Of a DNA stretch of 64,000 bases, positions 1 to 13,901 are shown piece by piece. Where the stretch lies: NCBI RefSeq assembly GCF_000143415.4, contig NW_003314262.1, positions 4,710,389-4,774,388 of the forward strand, written 5' to 3'. This DNA is from Selaginella moellendorffii (lineage: Eukaryota > Plantae > Lycopodiophyta). Under the pieces are notes generated by a model. It ran no database searches, was not told where the DNA came from, and saw nothing but the letters and a program-made list of their open reading frames with translations. Numbering within the stretch: position 1 is the stretch's first letter; every line of letters begins with the position of its first letter. A program made the translations under genes and the position numbers.

Positions 1-114
1 GCTTTTCAATTGCTACACATGCACAATCTCTGGAGGATCAGTCTGCTGAATGTCATGCCGAACCTCATAAACTTATGGTCCAATTTGCTACAACACCTGA
101 TATAGTCCTTTCTA

Positions 115-1317
115 CTAAGTAAGGAGCCCCTTAAATAAACCATGTACCATAAGATGGGGAAAACATACTAACGCCAAATCATCCACTTTGTACTCCACAG
201 GTGGATGATGATAGGTGTTGTAGCGTCGTTGTTTTCTCACTTGTATGCATCCTAAGTGTTCGGTAGACTCTGGTCGGACAAGTGGAAGAATGTTCGTCAA
301 ATACTGATCCCACAACCTAACATCGATAGCTCGTGGCAATTGCGAAGGTAAACCAAGCTTTATTGGTAAAATCGGATCATAACCATATAAGAGTTTATAT
401 GGTGAAGCACTAATAGAATTCTGCACCCCTGTGATATATGCATACCGAAGAGATGGCAAATAACCATCTTAATCCGAATGTTGAAAGTTCACATACTTTG
501 TGATCATCCCTCTGAATGTCCGAATGAGTCATTCTACTAGACCATCTGATTGTGGATGATAAGCACTCGTGAAAGTGTGGCATATCTCTAACTGAGATGT
601 CAAAACATGAAGCCTTACCACGTCCTGTGAGTCGACTGCAGCATGCAGCTGCCTCAGTCCATAAATAGTGGGACTATTATCTGAAAGAATCCGCTCTAGA
701 CAAGAATGCTGGAACACCACTCGATTGAGAAGGAAGTATCCAACAGTAGTTGTAGAAGCACTAACAAGAGCACCAACTTCCACCCAATGAGTCAAGTAGT
801 TAGAAGCAATAACAACATACTCATTGCCAGTAGTTGACCGTGGAAAAGGCCCCATAAGATCAAATGCCACCAACTCAAATGGACGGGAAACTGCAATGGA
901 TTCCAACCGTCCTTTCGCAGCATGAGAGGGAGTATTACGAGCTTGGCACCAAATGCAGCTACGCATATACTGGATAACATCATGTTATATCTCCGGCCAA
1001 TAGAAAGACCTATACAACTTCTCAATCACACGACGATGTCCTATATGCCCACCTAGAACAGGAGAATCATGGTAGGTATGGAAAAACTGTGGAATAAAGA
1101 CGAAAGGCACCACCAGCCGTGAAGGACTATTAAGATCCGTTCTTACAAAATAAAGAATGCCATCTTCAAAGCGATATTGAGAATGTAAATGCCGGAATAG
1201 CAAGTCATCAGCAAGTGATGCAGGATTCTCAAATCCATCTTGAAGCCTTTGAATCCATGGCTCAAGCTTTTGAGCCTCACGAGAGAATGTAGATCTTGCT
1301 TTGCACCTTGTGGACAC
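115..1317 (-). pseudogene. Gypsy integrase remnant (HHCC zinc finger + DDE core)
   Basis: HDSPVLGGHIG...FYWP, CIWCQ, PFELVAFDLMGPFP, ILSDN, YHPQSDGLVE and SPYKLLYG, broken by stops. Confidence 0.9.
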
Positions 1318-1439
1318 TAAACGTCAAGTACAGCAACTGCCGATGGCATAGAATCCTCGTCTAGAAAATCCAAAAATACCAAAATAACAAGCTTGTTAAA
1401 AATATGAGAAGAGAATGAAAAAGGAAGAGGAGCTTGAGA

Positions 1440-2770
1440 AAGGGCATCAACATCAGCCATAAAACTCCCGGGGTGATGAACAATATCAAAATTATATATC
1501 TAAAGCTCACCGAGCAATATGACCAATAAAGTTCTTTTGCTTCAATAATGAAGTAACGGCAGCATGATCACCTTCAAATAACATCCAGGAACCATGTAGA
1601 TATGCAAAAAGTTTCTCAAAACCCCATACTGCTGCTAAACACTTATTCTCTATCGTGGAATAATTCACCTCCGCTAGTTATAATGTACGGCTTATATATA
1701 CAATAGGATGGCATTGACTAGGCACTCTTGGGCTCTTTTGCATCAACACACCTCCAAGACCAATGTCAGAAGCATCCACAGACAAAATAAAAGGTCAAGT
1801 GTAGTTAGAATATGCCAAAATCGAAAGAGTCGTCAAAAGCTCTTTGAGATCCATAAACGCCCGCTCACAATCCAAAGACCAGATGAAATATGACGTTGAT
1901 GACTTTAGTAACACTCGCAACAGTGCAGTGCAATAAAAAGATGATCCACAAAACAATTGAGATACTGCACCTTGCTCAGGAAGTGCTACACATCATTCAC
2001 ACATTTCGGAGTAGAGAACTTTAGAATAGCCACAAGTTTGTCAGGATCAACTTATAAACCTTCACGAAAAATACAGTACCCAAGATAACTCTTGTCCTTG
2101 GACCCAAACACGCATTTCAACTGCTTCAACTTTAAACCAACGTTCTATAGCCGATCCAACACTTTACAAACATCACGAACATGCTCCTCCCATATCCCCT
2201 TCGAGTGGATCAAAACATTATTAATGAAGTCAACAGTCACCTCTGGCATATCGTAAAGAACCTCATCCATCATCCACTAAAAAGTTGCTATAACATTATT
2301 CAAACCAAACAGCATCACTAAAAACTCGTACAAACCAAATAGTGTACGAAAAGCAGTTTTAAGAATATCTTCTTCAGTCATCAGTACTTGTAGTACCCAG
2401 GAGCAAGATCTAGCTTGGTGAACCAACGACTTTGCCCCAGATGATCTAAGAGATCAGCAGTGTGAGGAGGAGGGTACATATCTGGGATTGTCACTTTGTT
2501 TAACGGACAATAGTCGATGCAGAAACGAATACTCCCATTAGGTTTCATCACAAGATGACGTTCACATGCCCAAGGACTCCACGTCTTCCAAATAACACCC
2601 TTCTCCAACATCTCCTTGACGTTTGCACGTAAAATCTTGATATCTTTGGGTGACTGATGACGAATGGAAACCTTGATTGGATAAGCATCCTCGGTTGGAA
2701 TCAGATGACATGTGGCAATCTTGGCCCCAGATGATAGGTCAAATTCAAATAAATCAGAATACTCCTTCAT
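1440..2770 (-). pseudogene. Gypsy reverse transcriptase / RNase H remnant
   Basis: ORF 2381-2770 contains [35 protein letters not shown]. Degenerate RT/RH sequence continues downstream on the minus strand. Confidence 0.88.
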
Positions 2771-3379
2771 GAGTCAGTCAACCATTGCAGCACAAAGATT
2801 GTTGGAGGGATCGAAAGGGAAGAGCAGAATAAGATGGAAATATAGGAGGAAATAGTGGGGGGGGAGGGGGGGGGGGGGAGTAATTGGAGCAGAGGTAGAA
2901 GTAAAAGGACGAAGAGGTACAAAAGTAAAAGGAAAGAAAGCTCTATTTTGTTAATGTGGGAATTGTCATTATCCCACTTGTAAAATAAGGTTTCCAAACC
3001 TTTATATAGTATATAAATATAACAAAATTCAACTGCATTAAGGCACATGCCATTTTATTTTAAACAAGGAAATGTCTACTCAATCACTTCTCCTCCCCCT
3101 GCCACTACTTCACCTCTCTCTTCTCCTTGTTATCGTCGTCCAATTTCTTTCCATCCTTTTAATATTGGCTCAGTTGCTCCGAGTCTAGGTGGAGCCCAAG
3201 TCCCCATTCAATCTTTACTTTCCCCTTATTAATAAAACAACTTCGTAGACTTCCAATAACATGCTGTAACACTTTTAGTATAATGCAAATCCTCTCAAAG
3301 AATTGTCTTTTAATATTAATACAATGGCATGGAACCCCATGCCATAATAAGTTACATTTTTAAATAAATACATGCCATC

Positions 3380-5063
3380 TCAGACTGTTATTTTTTGCCT
3401 CCAACGCCTATACAATAATCTTGGAATTTCATCACTCTCCACACTATCAGGATTTAAACCCAATAGTAATGCCATCTCTTCTATAATATGTCCACGCTCA
3501 TGTTCAGTGGTCGAAGAACCCATCCGGTTGAGCAGATTATGGAGATGCGGATAGTGCTTGGCTAGACAATATACATGCCATAAATGATGACTGGTGTCTG
3601 TCCGATCAAATGGCTTTTGATATACCGTTCCATCTACCATTTGGTTTATTTCTGCAGCCATCTCCTGGACTGGCCGGTTCTCTATCACCATCACTCCAAG
3701 CCGTTTTGCAAGGTCCCCCAGAACATACGGTTTCTTCTCCCTAGTTTCCATACTGTAAGAGATGGGGTGCACTGCATATGTGTGCGTGTTCGCTGCAGTT
3801 TTAATTGGCGAGTCATCGATGATGAGGATTTCACTTGACCTAGCAGTCCAGTTCATCACTACAGCCTCTGGCGCTAGTTGCTAGTGCACGTCCTTGTCCT
3901 GGTTTTTGTGGCTTCTTCAGTTGAACCCAGAGCTTCCGTGTTCGTGCCAATGTCTCGTGCTGACCCGATTTGTAGCACGTTTCTTGCTTGACATTCTGCG
4001 CGTGGGAGATGTAAATGATAGATCGGAGGGGTGAGTTGCCTTTTATCAGGCGGACAACTCTTGTCTTGAAGACTTTCTTCACCTCCTCGCCCACCATAAT
4101 ATCCACAACTATCTCTTGCATCGCCAAGCTAGAATGCTGCCCGGAGACGGCATAGAACCGGATGTTCTGATCGTCCAACACCTTCCTATTGATCAAGTCT
4201 GGAAACCTCGTCTCACCCTTCATTGTTCGGTAGTAGGGGATCACGTCTGCGATGTTGGGTGTTACTGGACTTGCCAGCATCTTCTGCTTCAGTTTCTCCA
4301 CCCACTCATCAGATACTAACCTGTGGTTGTATTTGCTTTGGATGTCGATACGGCTCACGTCGATTGTATATACTTTGTTGGAATAGTAACAAGTACTATT
4401 ATCTGCGACGATTTTTGCTGCCTCTTCTTGCTCTTTCTGCTCTTTGCGGCTCTTCTTTTTGGTGGGTGTAGTGTTCGAACCCGAGGCAATGGCATCACTG
4501 AGTAGCTTCTTTTTTGGAGCAGGAGAGTCGGACGTCGGCTTGAGCTTGACCACCCTTTTCTGCTTCGGGGTAGTTTCCAGATCGACCCCCTTCCCCTTCG
4601 CTTTGCGAACTGGAGTCACTCTCAACGGCTCAATGTTGGAATATAGTTTTTGAACATCGCCGTAGGTGAGGTCCGTGGATTCCATGTGATCTTCATAGAC
4701 CCGCAGCGTCTTTGAAATTGTGGGCCTCCTGGACAAGCTCTCCCTAGCTCCCTCTAGGAATTCCTCATAGCTGCTGGCCCCCTCCGGGAAGCCGCTAGGA
4801 TGTGCAAGGTGGATCTTGAAGGCGAATGTTGTCTCTACCACAAGTGCCAGTCCATATTCTTGCATGGAACTGCATGGAGTGTCTGTCACTTGGATGAGGA
4901 TCCCCATGCATTCTTTTCTCCCACCATCTGTGTTGTACAGCCTCAGATCCTCGCCTTCCATCCCGAAAGTCCAACTGGTGAGCTCCTCCCCCTTCTCTGC
5001 ATCCACATTGACAGTGGCTCGAAGAAGAACGCAATTCCTCGCCTGTTCAGAAATGCACAACAA
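3380..5063 (-). pseudogene. Internally deleted accessory gene of transposon copy A (ParB-like region fused to FCP1-like C-terminus)
   Basis: Near-identical to copy B 18787-19980 joined to 23699-24188. About 3.7 kb is deleted at a GCC microhomology (junction ~3870). Confidence 0.85.
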
Positions 5064-7070
5064 TTAGAGCTGACAGATGAAAAGCTAGCAGCTGGAAATA
5101 ACGTGAGGCCACATGCCATTCACCACTGCATCAGATATCTTGAGGTTGCATCCTAAGATGGCGTGAGGCTACATGCTATCTGTAACCGGATTGCACTCGA
5201 GAGCCCAATCGGTGCATGCCAATGTTGCTACTGAATGGCATGTGGCCTCATGCCATTTTCTACTTGGCCTAAAAGACTTACCATTTGAAGCCGAATGGAG
5301 GCGTGACAATCGAGGCCGGACTCGCTGGCAAATGTGCACTGTGTGTGCAGCGGATCGTAGTAGCAAGGCTACTCTACCACTTATAGTTGGAGAGTGGCGC
5401 TGAAATCTCCCGGGACGCCAAGTGGGCTGCGTGTGGGTGGCCGAGTGGGCGGCGGAGTGGGTGGCGGAGTTGGCGGCGAAGTTACAAACTGGGTGTGTCT
5501 TGAAGTGGACGCCGATGCACACAAGCACAATGCAAGTGCGATGCGAGCGCGAGTGTGATGCCGATGCACACGAGAAACCTGTAGAGAAGGTAGATGAGCG
5601 CGAATGTGAGCGTGATCGCGAGTGGGAGTGCGATGCGAGCGCGAGTATGCGAGCGCGAGTACGAAGCAAAATGCAAAACCTAACCTCACACGCGCAAAAT
5701 GTCACGACGGTTGGTAATCCCGCAACGTCATCATTCCTCGGACTTTGGCGCCACCATTAATTTCTAGATCGCCGCGCGCATGCATGCACGTGAAATCCAA
5801 AAGAAATCCGCAACGTCATCATTCCTCGGACTGCATGCACGCGAAATCCAAAAGAAAGATCATGATTGGGATATCATTTAATACCCTCGCTATATTTATA
5901 CCATGCATGATTGGATATTTCAAGGCATCTTGTATTTCCAAAAATGCTAGATGTTCAGCTAAATAAAGAATGGTATACAATGTCCTTCTTGATGACCCTG
6001 CAAAGAAGCATCTTGATCGGACACCACATGAGACCACACGAGCCTTACAATGTTTCAGGGGCATTTGCCATAGATCCGACCGTTATTTTGCTCCAAGATT
6101 CTACAGTTTGGTGTGCATTGACCTTTCCATCGACACTGCAAAGGGACATCACAATCAGATGCGGGATCACAAGAAACCAACTTCACTAACTCTGGTTTCA
6201 CCAAGATCTACGTAAGGAGTTATGAAATGAAAGGACCCTCTCTATTGAAATGTGTTTATGGTCCTGACATATCAAAGGATTTTGCATCAAGTTCTATATT
6301 TGCATGTTTATCAAGCTACTGAATTGCTAAACCCTAACCCTAAACATGTGGCAAATGCTGCGTGAAGAAAGATGCCCTTTCTGGGCAAATGCTGTAAGAG
6401 GCAGATGCCGAGCAGTTACACGGCGAATAATCTTGGCGCGGATCGCTGACATGGCATGGCAAAGTTCGAATCACTGACATGGCACAGCTGGATCGAGGCA
6501 AGGACATGATGTGACAAAGTTCAACCTCCGACAGCAAAGTCTAGAAGCTACTCAGTTTGAAATTTGTCAGAGGAATCATAAGATCTGGTTTGTCAGAGGA
6601 TTTGATGTGACGTTCAAGCGTGTGTTATTTTTGAATTCTCGAACTCATTCCTAGGTCTATCATTTTTGTGCGCCGTGTTCTTGGTTCCGCTGAGCGCAGT
6701 GAGCGCTGCTTGTGTAAGCGGCGTTGTGAGCTGTGGTTTATGCGTCTACAAGCGGTTGCGGCATTGCGAGCGCCATTGCGAGCGGCAGTTTATGCGAGTG
6801 GCAGTTTGTGCGAGCGGCGCTACGAGCAATTGCGGTGTTGCGAGCGGCGCTACGAGTAGTTGCGGTGTTGCGAGCGGCACTGTCTTTGGTGTGGCTACCG
6901 CTTCCTCTTGATATTCGGCACTTGTGCTTCCTGGTATGTTCACCATGGAATGGCTTAGGACCACATTTAGAAATGGCATGAGGCCACATGCCATCTTGGG
7001 CCCTTGCAATTTCATGGCTAGCGTATTGTCATGTATGTTTTTACTTGCCTGCAGCTGTGTGTATATCAAG

Positions 7071-7262
7071 ATGGCATGAGGCCTCATGCCATCTTTGGCC
7101 CCTGCTAGCCTATTGCCATATTCCTTTTGCCTTGCTACAACTGTATATATTTTCGTATGGGTGACTAGTCACGCACACAAAAATATATATAGTTGCAGCA
7201 AGGCAAAAGGAATATAGCAACAGGCTAGCAGGGGCGAAAGATAGCGTGAGGCCTCATGCCAT
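7071..7262. repeat. 192-bp near-perfect inverted repeat upstream of the transposase (copy B equivalent 15104-15295)
   Basis: Arms are symmetric about GTGACT|AGTCAC (7161-7172), and each arm ends in the 22-bp palindrome. A second palindrome is centred on TAGTGGTACCACTA (7263-7276). Confidence 0.9.
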
Positions 7263-7450
7263 TAGTGGTACCACTAATGGCATGAGGGCTCATGCCAATT
7301 TTGTGAATGCGAAATTTCACGTGGGTGTCAATAGCATGTTTGAATAATGGCATGTGGCCTCATGCTATTGAGGTTGTTTGGTATGTTATGATTTAGGCCA
7401 TTCTCCAATCATTTTTTGTATGGTCTTAACTTCTTTTCTGCACTTTCAGA

Positions 7451-10273
7451 ATGGCCTCCGCAAGTGCAACGCATGTTCCCTCCATGGATCTTAAGAACCG
7501 TGCTACATGGATTCAGGCAAAGGTGTTTCTAAACAACCCCGAGGGGGAGGTGGTAGCTGAGGGCTTAGCCACAGTTGTCGATCCAAGAGATGTGGTTGCT
7601 AATCAAGAATTGGGCTGGGATGATATTGGAGTTGCGATTTTAGAGGTTGTTGACACAGAAGAAAATAGTCTGACTATTGGAAGCATTGTGTGGTGGAAAT
7701 TGAGGCACTTAGTGTTTGAGAATGTGAAGGATTCACAATCAAACACCACTACAACTGATGACAGAACATCTCTTCATGGGAAAAGAAAGTACACCTTTCT
7801 AAAGCACAGCCAAAGGGATCTGAGCAACGAACCGAAAAGGTAGAAAATGGCGATGGAGGTTCGAATGGTCTCGACAGTTGCTTGTTGCAAGAGGAGGTGC
7901 TGTCAACATGCTGATTGGGATGCTATTGAAGAGGAGAGAGCAAGATACAAGACATTGTCCTGGAAGGCAGCTCGCAATTTTGTATATGAGGCATTACGGT
8001 CATCTGTTGATGCTTCAGAACATCAGGTGGGGGGCATGGTCTTCCAGAGGGGTTTGGTCTGCATGAAGGCATGGAGAATCATTTATGGAGTCCCTCAAAC
8101 CACATTCTACAGAATCAAAATTGAGTTCGAGGAATAAAGGGTTCAACAGGCAGTCCATGGGAACGACGGTACTCACAAAACCAGGGGTCATGTTGTATAT
8201 GGAGAGGCAATCTTCAAGAGGTTTGTCGAGACATGTAGCGAGCAGCAACCACATAAAACCCGCCTCTTGGAAGATGGAACTCGAGACACCCAACGAGTTC
8301 TCCCTTCCATGTATACCAAGGGGGCCATATTGGAAGATGTGAATCAGGAACTCCAGAGTAATGGCTACAGGAAGCTGAGCCAATCTAGATTTAGTAGATT
8401 GTGGAGCAACAGGTTCAGGGATGTGAGTATAGGAAAGTACTCCAGCTTTTCAAAGTGTGACGAGTGCACTGCTATCAAAATGGCTTTGTCGAAAAATTCT
8501 TGCATCGCTCAAGAGCGAGAGACGTTGGTTAGAAAGCGGCTCGACCACAACATCGAGCAGAGAAGCTGCAGGACTGCATATTATCATAACAGGATTCTCT
8601 CCATGGAGAGACTTGACTCTTACCTCTGCATCATCCACGACAAAATGGACAAGAAAAAGACGTGTTTACCTCGACTCAATCCTGCCCCCAAGGCAATCTC
8701 TTCATCTATGCAGCTGCCTGTGTCTCTGTTTGGCATAATCGCTCATGGGCATGGTGCCCAGAACTATGGGAACTTCTTTGTACCTCTATGGGGTGGCGGG
8801 GGTGCAAACATGATGATTGCGTCCCTAGCAAAACACTTAAAGTCTCTGCAAAGTGCGCAGACTGAGCTGAACGGCCAACCCTTGCATAAGGCCCTTGTCG
8901 ATCGAACCCCATACAGGGTTCAGCTGGAGGAGGAGCAAAGGCTTGCAGTATCGCGTGGGGCCCCATGCCATCCCAGTGAATATGTTGGCCGTCAGATTGT
9001 AGGGTTATCACGTGAGGCCTCATGCCATTCCGACGAGGCTGGTCGCCCGGTGAATGCACAGCCTCATCCAAACGAAGCAAAATCTCAAGGAAGTTCTTGC
9101 GGCCAATGTGGCCTTCCACCCCATCTTCTGCTCCAAACAGACAATGCTGGCAGTGAGAACAAAAACATGTACGTCTTCGCGTACTTGGCGATGCTTGTTG
9201 CCAAAGGCATATTTGAAACGGTTACACTTGGCTTTCTCATGGTTGGGCACACTCATGAAGACGTCGATGCCATGTTCAGTCACCTGGCAGAGTCCCTCCG
9301 GCGATCCAATGTCCCCACCCTCCCACAACTCTACGATGAATTCCAAAATTACATCAAAGGCACTATTGAAGCTGCACTTGTGACAGAGGTTCCAGACTTT
9401 AAGGGATTTGTAAGAGGCTACATCAGGGACAGATCCGAAACGCTGATTGGCCACTCCAAGCCTCTTTAGTTTCATTTCAGCATGCGTGACGGTGCTCCAG
9501 TGATGAGGTACAAGATGAGAGAATGGGACACAGTGTGGCTACCAGTGGACGGCATTGAACTCTTCAAGAGAGATCCCATAACTGGGGAACCTATGATTCC
9601 TCAGGGTTCCCCACGGCCGATGCACCTGGATGGACTCAAAGACCAGGAAAGTATAGTGGCCGGGATTAAACAGCATATTGCCTTCTGGAAGAGGGGGTTG
9701 GTGTTTGGTGGAGAATCCTATTTTAAGAGGTGCAAGCCTTTGCTCGAATGCTGGGAGAAGATTATATCTGCTATCCAAAATGGGCCGGTTGTATATAAAG
9801 AATTGGAAGAGTCCTTTTGGCCAGAACCCAGAGCACCAGATAGTAGCGGAACAATGTCCTCTGGAAATGCAGTGACAGATAACGATGTTGAGGATCACTA
9901 TTGTGGGCCGAGGAACAAGAAGCCGGATTCAGCATTCAATCCAGTACAAGTCTGCAAAGGAATGGTCGTGCTTGTCAGACCCAGTAATAAAAAACAAATG
10001 ATATGGGTGGGGCGCTACATCACTGATGCAAAGGACGCGAAAACTAACTCCTTCAATGTAACTGTGGAGTGGTTCAAGCCAAGTTCCAGATATACGAAGG
10101 ATTGCCTAGAAAAGAGATGGGTGCTGAATCCAAGGGATCCCAGCATGAGCATATCGGTGGATAATGTTGTGCATGGTTGGATGTGGAAGCAGAGTGCCAC
10201 CATCACCTTGCCAGACCATGCAAGAGATGCAGCAAGAGCATTCATAACCCGGGTTCAAGGTGAGATTCATTAA
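7451..10273 (+). pseudogene. Sola-like (DUF7869-type) DDD transposase with in-frame stops
   Basis: ORFs starting at 7451, 7847, 8267 and 9482 are in one frame, interrupted by stops at 7841, 8135 and 9467. Motifs: CCKRRC, CMKAWRIIYGV, FSKCDEC, IIHDKMD, LQTDNAGSENKN, FLMVGHTHEDVDAMFS. Possible last intron 10260-10311. Confidence 0.85.
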
Positions 10274-11041
10274 TATTCCTTTACTAAGTTTTTAATGTAT
10301 TTTATTTCAAGGTGAACAATCCAAATCTGAATCAGAGGAGGCGTGATGGCATGTGGCCCTTTGCACTAGTATATCTTAATACCGGTCTGAGAAATAGAAT
10401 GGCATGTGCCCTCAGGCCTTTTACTAAATCACCTTTGAAAGAAATGCAAGCCTCTATGTCGTAAAAAAAAGGTACTAGAGAAATTCCTTAATAATATGAA
10501 TGTTATTTAGTTTCATGAAAATACACTAAGGGTCAAATGAGTTAAATGACTTCTCCAGACTAGCAATGCCTCTTGCTACACCTTCACAATTAGATTCGTT
10601 AGAAAAAGATAACATTGAATAATATCTAAATGTTCTCACCATTAAGTTATATGTCTGGCTAATAGGAATGACGTTCATCTTGGAAAGCTCACCACACGCT
10701 CAATGAACAAACAAATAGTGTGTGTGCGCATGCCATCGCTCTTCTTTAGCTTCAAATTCGGCTTGTTCACCTTGACAATGAGATTTATTATACAACCAGA
10801 TGGACTCAGTCTGGACACAAAGTCACCGCGCTAGTCACCATGCCCCAGATATGTCTAGCCCCTGGACAAAAAACATATAATTTCACGTCATTTTCAAATA
10901 CTTGAAAATTTGTACCTAGTCCCATTTTACTGAATAAATCCCACTTTAACGAAATAGAGCATAAGAATAAAATATAAGGAAGTATGAGATAAGGGGGAGA
11001 AGCCTCAAAGTCACACTTGGCATGATTATGCTACAATCAAT

Positions 11042-11537
11042 CTATACCAAGGATGAGGTCAAAAGCTTAACTTGGCACCATTTGCAATGACTACAACCCA
11101 AGCTTGAGATCGCCCACACGTACAACCAGGTCTGCCTCATCCCATGCACATGCATATGTGCAGTCGGTTTTATAAAGAATGAAAACAGGTTCCGCCACAT
11201 GACGCAAGTGTAGACAGCAATGTGTGGCAACAGGTCGAACAATAGAAAATAAACTCAAACCTGTATCAACCAATACAGAGAGAATACTAGGAGACCTTTT
11301 GTTATAAAAACGAGATTGAAAAGTAAACACTAGATGAATTGGTGCCAAGTGAACCCCTTGATGATACTCCCGAAAGAAAGATAGAGGGGTTACTGACTTA
11401 TTCGCGAAAGGTCCCTCCATTACTCGCGTGACTCCTCGTTTCCCAGATGCATCTTGGTGTCCAGACCTTCCATTGCAGTAGCACCAACAAGATGTTATTG
11501 ATACCAAGGTCTCCACCCAGGAAATGGAGGTTGCCAA
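11042..11537 (-). pseudogene. Gypsy aspartic protease remnant
   Basis: ILSVLVDTG motif, lying between gag and RT once copy A is removed. Confidence 0.7.
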
Positions 11538-11908
11538 TCCAGATAAGTGTGACCAACTTCATCACATATCCAATAGTGAATGTCACGGCCACGATCCTTG
11601 TCCTTGTACTCAAGCAATAGCAGCATCAACCTCCATTGGAATAGGATTATTGCCCATAACAAGTGGAGCGGTGTGAGACACAAAATCCCAAGGCCCCAAA
11701 GTGGAGCCAGAAGGGTGCCATGTGGTAGTGGTTGAAGCGAAAACCAAATGAGCATAACACGTTTGGACTAAAAGCTCCGACTTGAGAGGTCGAGAGTGGG
11801 AGTGGAACTCCCAACGAAGTGCTCAAGGAACAAGCACGAAGTAAGCAATAAGTGAGTCTCTAGAAAAAGGACACAAGAGGACCAACACATGACACGTGGC
11901 AGAGTTTG

Positions 11909-12305
11909 AGATGGACCCGAGATGGAGTCTGAGATGGACCCGAGATGGAGTCCGAGATGGACCCGAGATGGAGTCTGAGACGGAGTCCGAGATGGACCGA
12001 GACGGAGTCTAAGATGGACCCGAGATGGAGTCCGAGATGGAGTCCGAGATGGACCCAAAATGGACTCCAAGATGGACCCGAGATGGAGTCCGAGATGGAG
12101 TATGAGATGGACCGAGACGGAGTCCGAGATGGAGTCCAAGGTCAAGACCGAGACCGGGACCGAGACCCAGACTGGGATTGAGACCGAGACCGAGACTGAG
12201 ACCGAGACTGAGACCAAGACCGAGACCGGGACTGGGACCGAGACCGAGGCCAAGGCGGAGACCGAGCCTGAACCTGAGTTCGAGTCCGAGTCCGAGTCCG
12301 AGCCT
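11909..12305. repeat. Tandem 11-12-bp (GAGATGGAGTCC/GAGATGGACCC) then 6-bp (GAGACC/GAGTCC) array within the Gypsy gag-protease spacer
   Basis: Visible periodicity, which explains the low-complexity ORFs on both strands. Confidence 0.85.
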
Positions 12306-13292
12306 GAGAGGGTGAAAGCCCAAAGCGTTTGTCTCCCAGACCCTGGGGGGTTTGGTGAGCTCCAAAAGTATAGTAAGGGGGAGGACTGCAGTGGAGCTAG
12401 TTTGGCCAGGAAAGGCCAGTTTGGCCCAGAAAGGATGTACCTAGTGTTAGGTGATGAGCTGCCCACTGGGAAGTCCAAGACTAGAGTGAACACGGACTGA
12501 CAAGCGGGGTAGCTTGGTGAAGTGTTCAAGAGCCAGCTCTAGTTCCCCCGAGAGATCGACTGGCCGATGCTCCCAGTCCAAGTGTGAGTGGCACTACCTA
12601 CTTGGATACCTAGTGTGGCTCAACGGAACCTCGCTCTAAGCCCATGGCTAGAGCACATAAAGGCAGAAGGTGGGGAGAGTACCCACGGGGCTAGCGTAGG
12701 GCCATGGTGTTCTGAAATGCTGTCCCAAAGTCCCAGACGGTGAAAAGGAAGAGGAGCAATCCTCTAGTGCAGTGACCAAAAATACGGTCACATGGTGAGG
12801 AAGTCCCAAAGGACAGTGGGACTTAGAGGTCGGGCCTGTGGGCCTCAATCCAGTGGCAGTGTTGACGAACACGGCCATGGACAAGAAGGGACTTGATGGG
12901 GACCAATAAAGAGATATTGGGGAAGGTTATTCCTCATGTTTGTGGGCATTCTAAGGATGCTAAAGAGTGGATCTAGGATGATCACTCATGGATGGCCCAG
13001 TCTTTGAGAGACGGGACTGTGATGTAAGTGGTGTCAAGCCACCGGTGTGACCAAGGTGAATAGGCATGGCCTTAGCATAACAGGCTGATATGTCGGTGGT
13101 ACTTTGGGGTGTCGATCATAAGATCGAACATGTGGAGCACTTGGACCAAATGCAATGGTTGAGTGGCATGGATGCCATTCTTGGGGCTAGTAAGTCCCTA
13201 AGTCCAAAATAGGACTTATGGAGGTTGCAAGTGAGACTCCTCCAAGTGGTTGGAGGTGTGGTTAAGTGACTAAAGTAGAATGGAAAAATTAG

Positions 13293-13769
13293 TCACTTAC
13301 AAGTGGAAGGACGTGCAGTGAGAAGTGGAAGAGGCGATGTCTTATAACATTGTGCCAAGTGAAGAGCATTGTCAAAGGTGGTTGGAGCAAATGCATGCAT
13401 AAGTCTGACAAAATCTTGACGAAGTGTTAGCCACAACATTTCTAGCTTGATCCATTCCAACATATTTGGCTCCACATGAAGTAAAAGGCTTTGGAAACGA
13501 ATACTAAATTGCATCACTGACTCAAATGGCCTTTGACGAAGACAATGCAATTGTTAGAAGGCATCATCATAATCATTAGTATGTCCAAATGTGCATTTGA
13601 AAACATCCAGGAGAACACTCCAATCCCTATGAGTGATTAGACTTAAACCATTGTACCACTACAGTGCTGTCCCTTGGAAACACATGGGAAACTCACGCAA
13701 ATGTCAAGCATCATCCCAAGAATGATATGTGGCAATTACCGTGAAGTGATCGAATCAATAATACACATC
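13293..13769 (-). pseudogene. Gypsy gag remnant (5' part continues at 24631-24720)
   Basis: LRQRPFESVMQFSIRFQSL...PTTFDNALHLA, with upstream HSWDD...FQGTAL*WY, typical of Retrotrans_gag. Confidence 0.75.
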
Positions 13770-13901
13770 ATCCAAGCTCTATTTCGTTAAAGTGGGATTT
13801 ATTCAGTAAAATGGGACTAGGTACAAATTTTCAAGTATTTGAAAATGACGTGAAATTATATGTTTTTTGTCCAGGGGCTAGACATATCTGGGGCATGGTG
13901 A

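Larger units (their letters stand above)
2938..10962 (+). mobile_element. Large TIR DNA transposon, copy A (Sola-like), 8025 bp
   Basis: Left end AAGCTCTATTTTGTTAATGTGGGA (2938); right end TCCCACTTTAACGAAATAGAGCAT (10962); 4-bp TSD AAGA at 2934-2937 and 10963-10966. Encodes a DDD transposase. Confidence 0.92.

Noticed and set aside
5169-7087. Numerous small ORFs in the transposon intergenic region (mirrored at 15279-18681)
   Set aside because: CG-rich low-complexity and short tandem repeats with no recognisable domain.
7314-7326. TTTCACGTG, a partial match to bacterial parS (TGTTTCACGTGAAACA)
   Set aside because: Half-match only and indistinguishable from a common G-box.
11768-12529. Long ORFs on both strands (SVSVSV / ETETET)
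   Set aside because: By-products of 6- and 12-bp tandem repeats inside the Gypsy. Not a CRISPR array either, as there are no unique spacers.
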